Of a stretch of 17,674 nucleotides of DNA, positions 17,131-17,674 are shown in pieces (within the stretch, counting starts at the first letter, position 1; each line of letters begins with the position of its first letter). The stretch spans positions 18,787 to 36,460 of the forward strand of contig RQSC01000637.1 in assembly GCA_013416795.1 (NCBI GenBank), in the 5' to 3' direction. This DNA comes from Prasinococcaceae sp. CCMP 1430 (taxonomy: Eukaryota; Plantae; Prasinodermophyta). A model generated the notes under the pieces. It was not told where the DNA came from, made no database searches, and saw nothing but the letters and a program-made list of their open reading frames with translations. A program made the position numbers and the translations under genes.

Positions 17131-17650
17131 CTAAGGGTGCGCGCCGGGGGCGTCGTGCTGGCGCAGCAGCTCCAGGGCGTGCTCGTGGCCGTGAAGATCG
17201 GCCACGTCTTGCGCCGTACGGCCGTCTTGGGTGCGCGCAGACGTGTTGGCGCCCGCCTCGAGCAGCAGCCTCAGGCAGTCGGGGCGATCTTGCATAGCAG
17301 CGAAATGCAGGGGAGTGTAATCGCGCTCGTCCGCTTTCTCCTTGTCTGCGCCTGCTTCGAGCAGCAGCTGGACGCAGTCGGCATGGCCTCGCATGGTAGC
17401 GAGGTGCAGCGCAGTCCAGCCCTTTGGTCTCGCGTGGCCCGTGTCAGCGCGAATGTCCGCATCGGGCATTATTCCCGCCATCAACATCCTATCTCGGACC
17501 CAGCGGAGCTCCCTCAGCGCCGCGTCGCGCTCCTCGCGCGCCTCCCGCACGCGCTCCGCGTTGGTGCCCAGCGCCTGCGAGGCGAGCAGCAGCGCCTGGC
17601 GCGCAGTCTCCGCCGACGCCTCGCTCACTGCGGCGCCCCGAAGACCGTAC
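17131..17650 (-). CDS. Last exon of an ankyrin-repeat protein (gene continues beyond the window)
   Basis: GWTALHLATMRGHADCVQLLLEAGAD, DYTPLHFAAMQDRPDCLRLLLEAGAN and GRTAQDVADLHGHEHALELL are two full ankyrin repeats plus a capping one. A GCGCAG acceptor ends at 17651. TAG at 17133-17131. Confidence 0.9.
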
Positions 17651-17674
17651 CTGCGCACACGTAGGGCGCGCGTT

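Noticed and set aside
1-17674. A functionally linked cluster (three methyltransferases, repair and metabolic genes) as a novel pathway or defence system
   Set aside because: The genes are intron-containing, in mixed orientation and from unrelated pathways. The methyltransferases belong to different families, and nothing beyond compact gene packing links them.

Overview
This is very GC-rich, intron-containing nuclear DNA from a photosynthetic microeukaryote. An ELIP-type gene with a transit-peptide-like leader suggests a green alga, but the host cannot be fixed from sequence alone. There is no operon, CRISPR array or RNA gene. Nine protein-coding loci can be reconstructed by hand using GT-AG introns: an ELIP-like protein (split by an N), SDHAF1/SDH6, an uncharacterised SAM-methyltransferase-like protein, a Rubisco-LSMT/SETD-type SET protein (5' end lost at an N), RAD18, a 3-hydroxyisobutyrate/6PGD-family dehydrogenase head-to-head with RAD18, an orphan transmembrane/coiled-coil protein, an FkbM-family methyltransferase, and the last exon of an ankyrin-repeat gene. 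Three oddities stand out. (1) A ~307-bp internal piece of a bacterial-type acyl-CoA dehydrogenase gene lies antisense and in frame at the 5' end of the FkbM ORF, downstream of an AT-richer island carrying a tRNA-iMet PBS-like 12-mer and a nested foldback. (2) An inverted ~160-bp copy of a coding exon sits just after the same gene's stop codon, which could make a long-hairpin mRNA. (3) RAD18 appears to lack the UBZ finger but carries an RPA32C-binding-like helix. Single Ns at 820 and 7121 look like assembly joins, so misassembly must be excluded for the chimeric features. All family assignments come from motif recognition, not from database searches.
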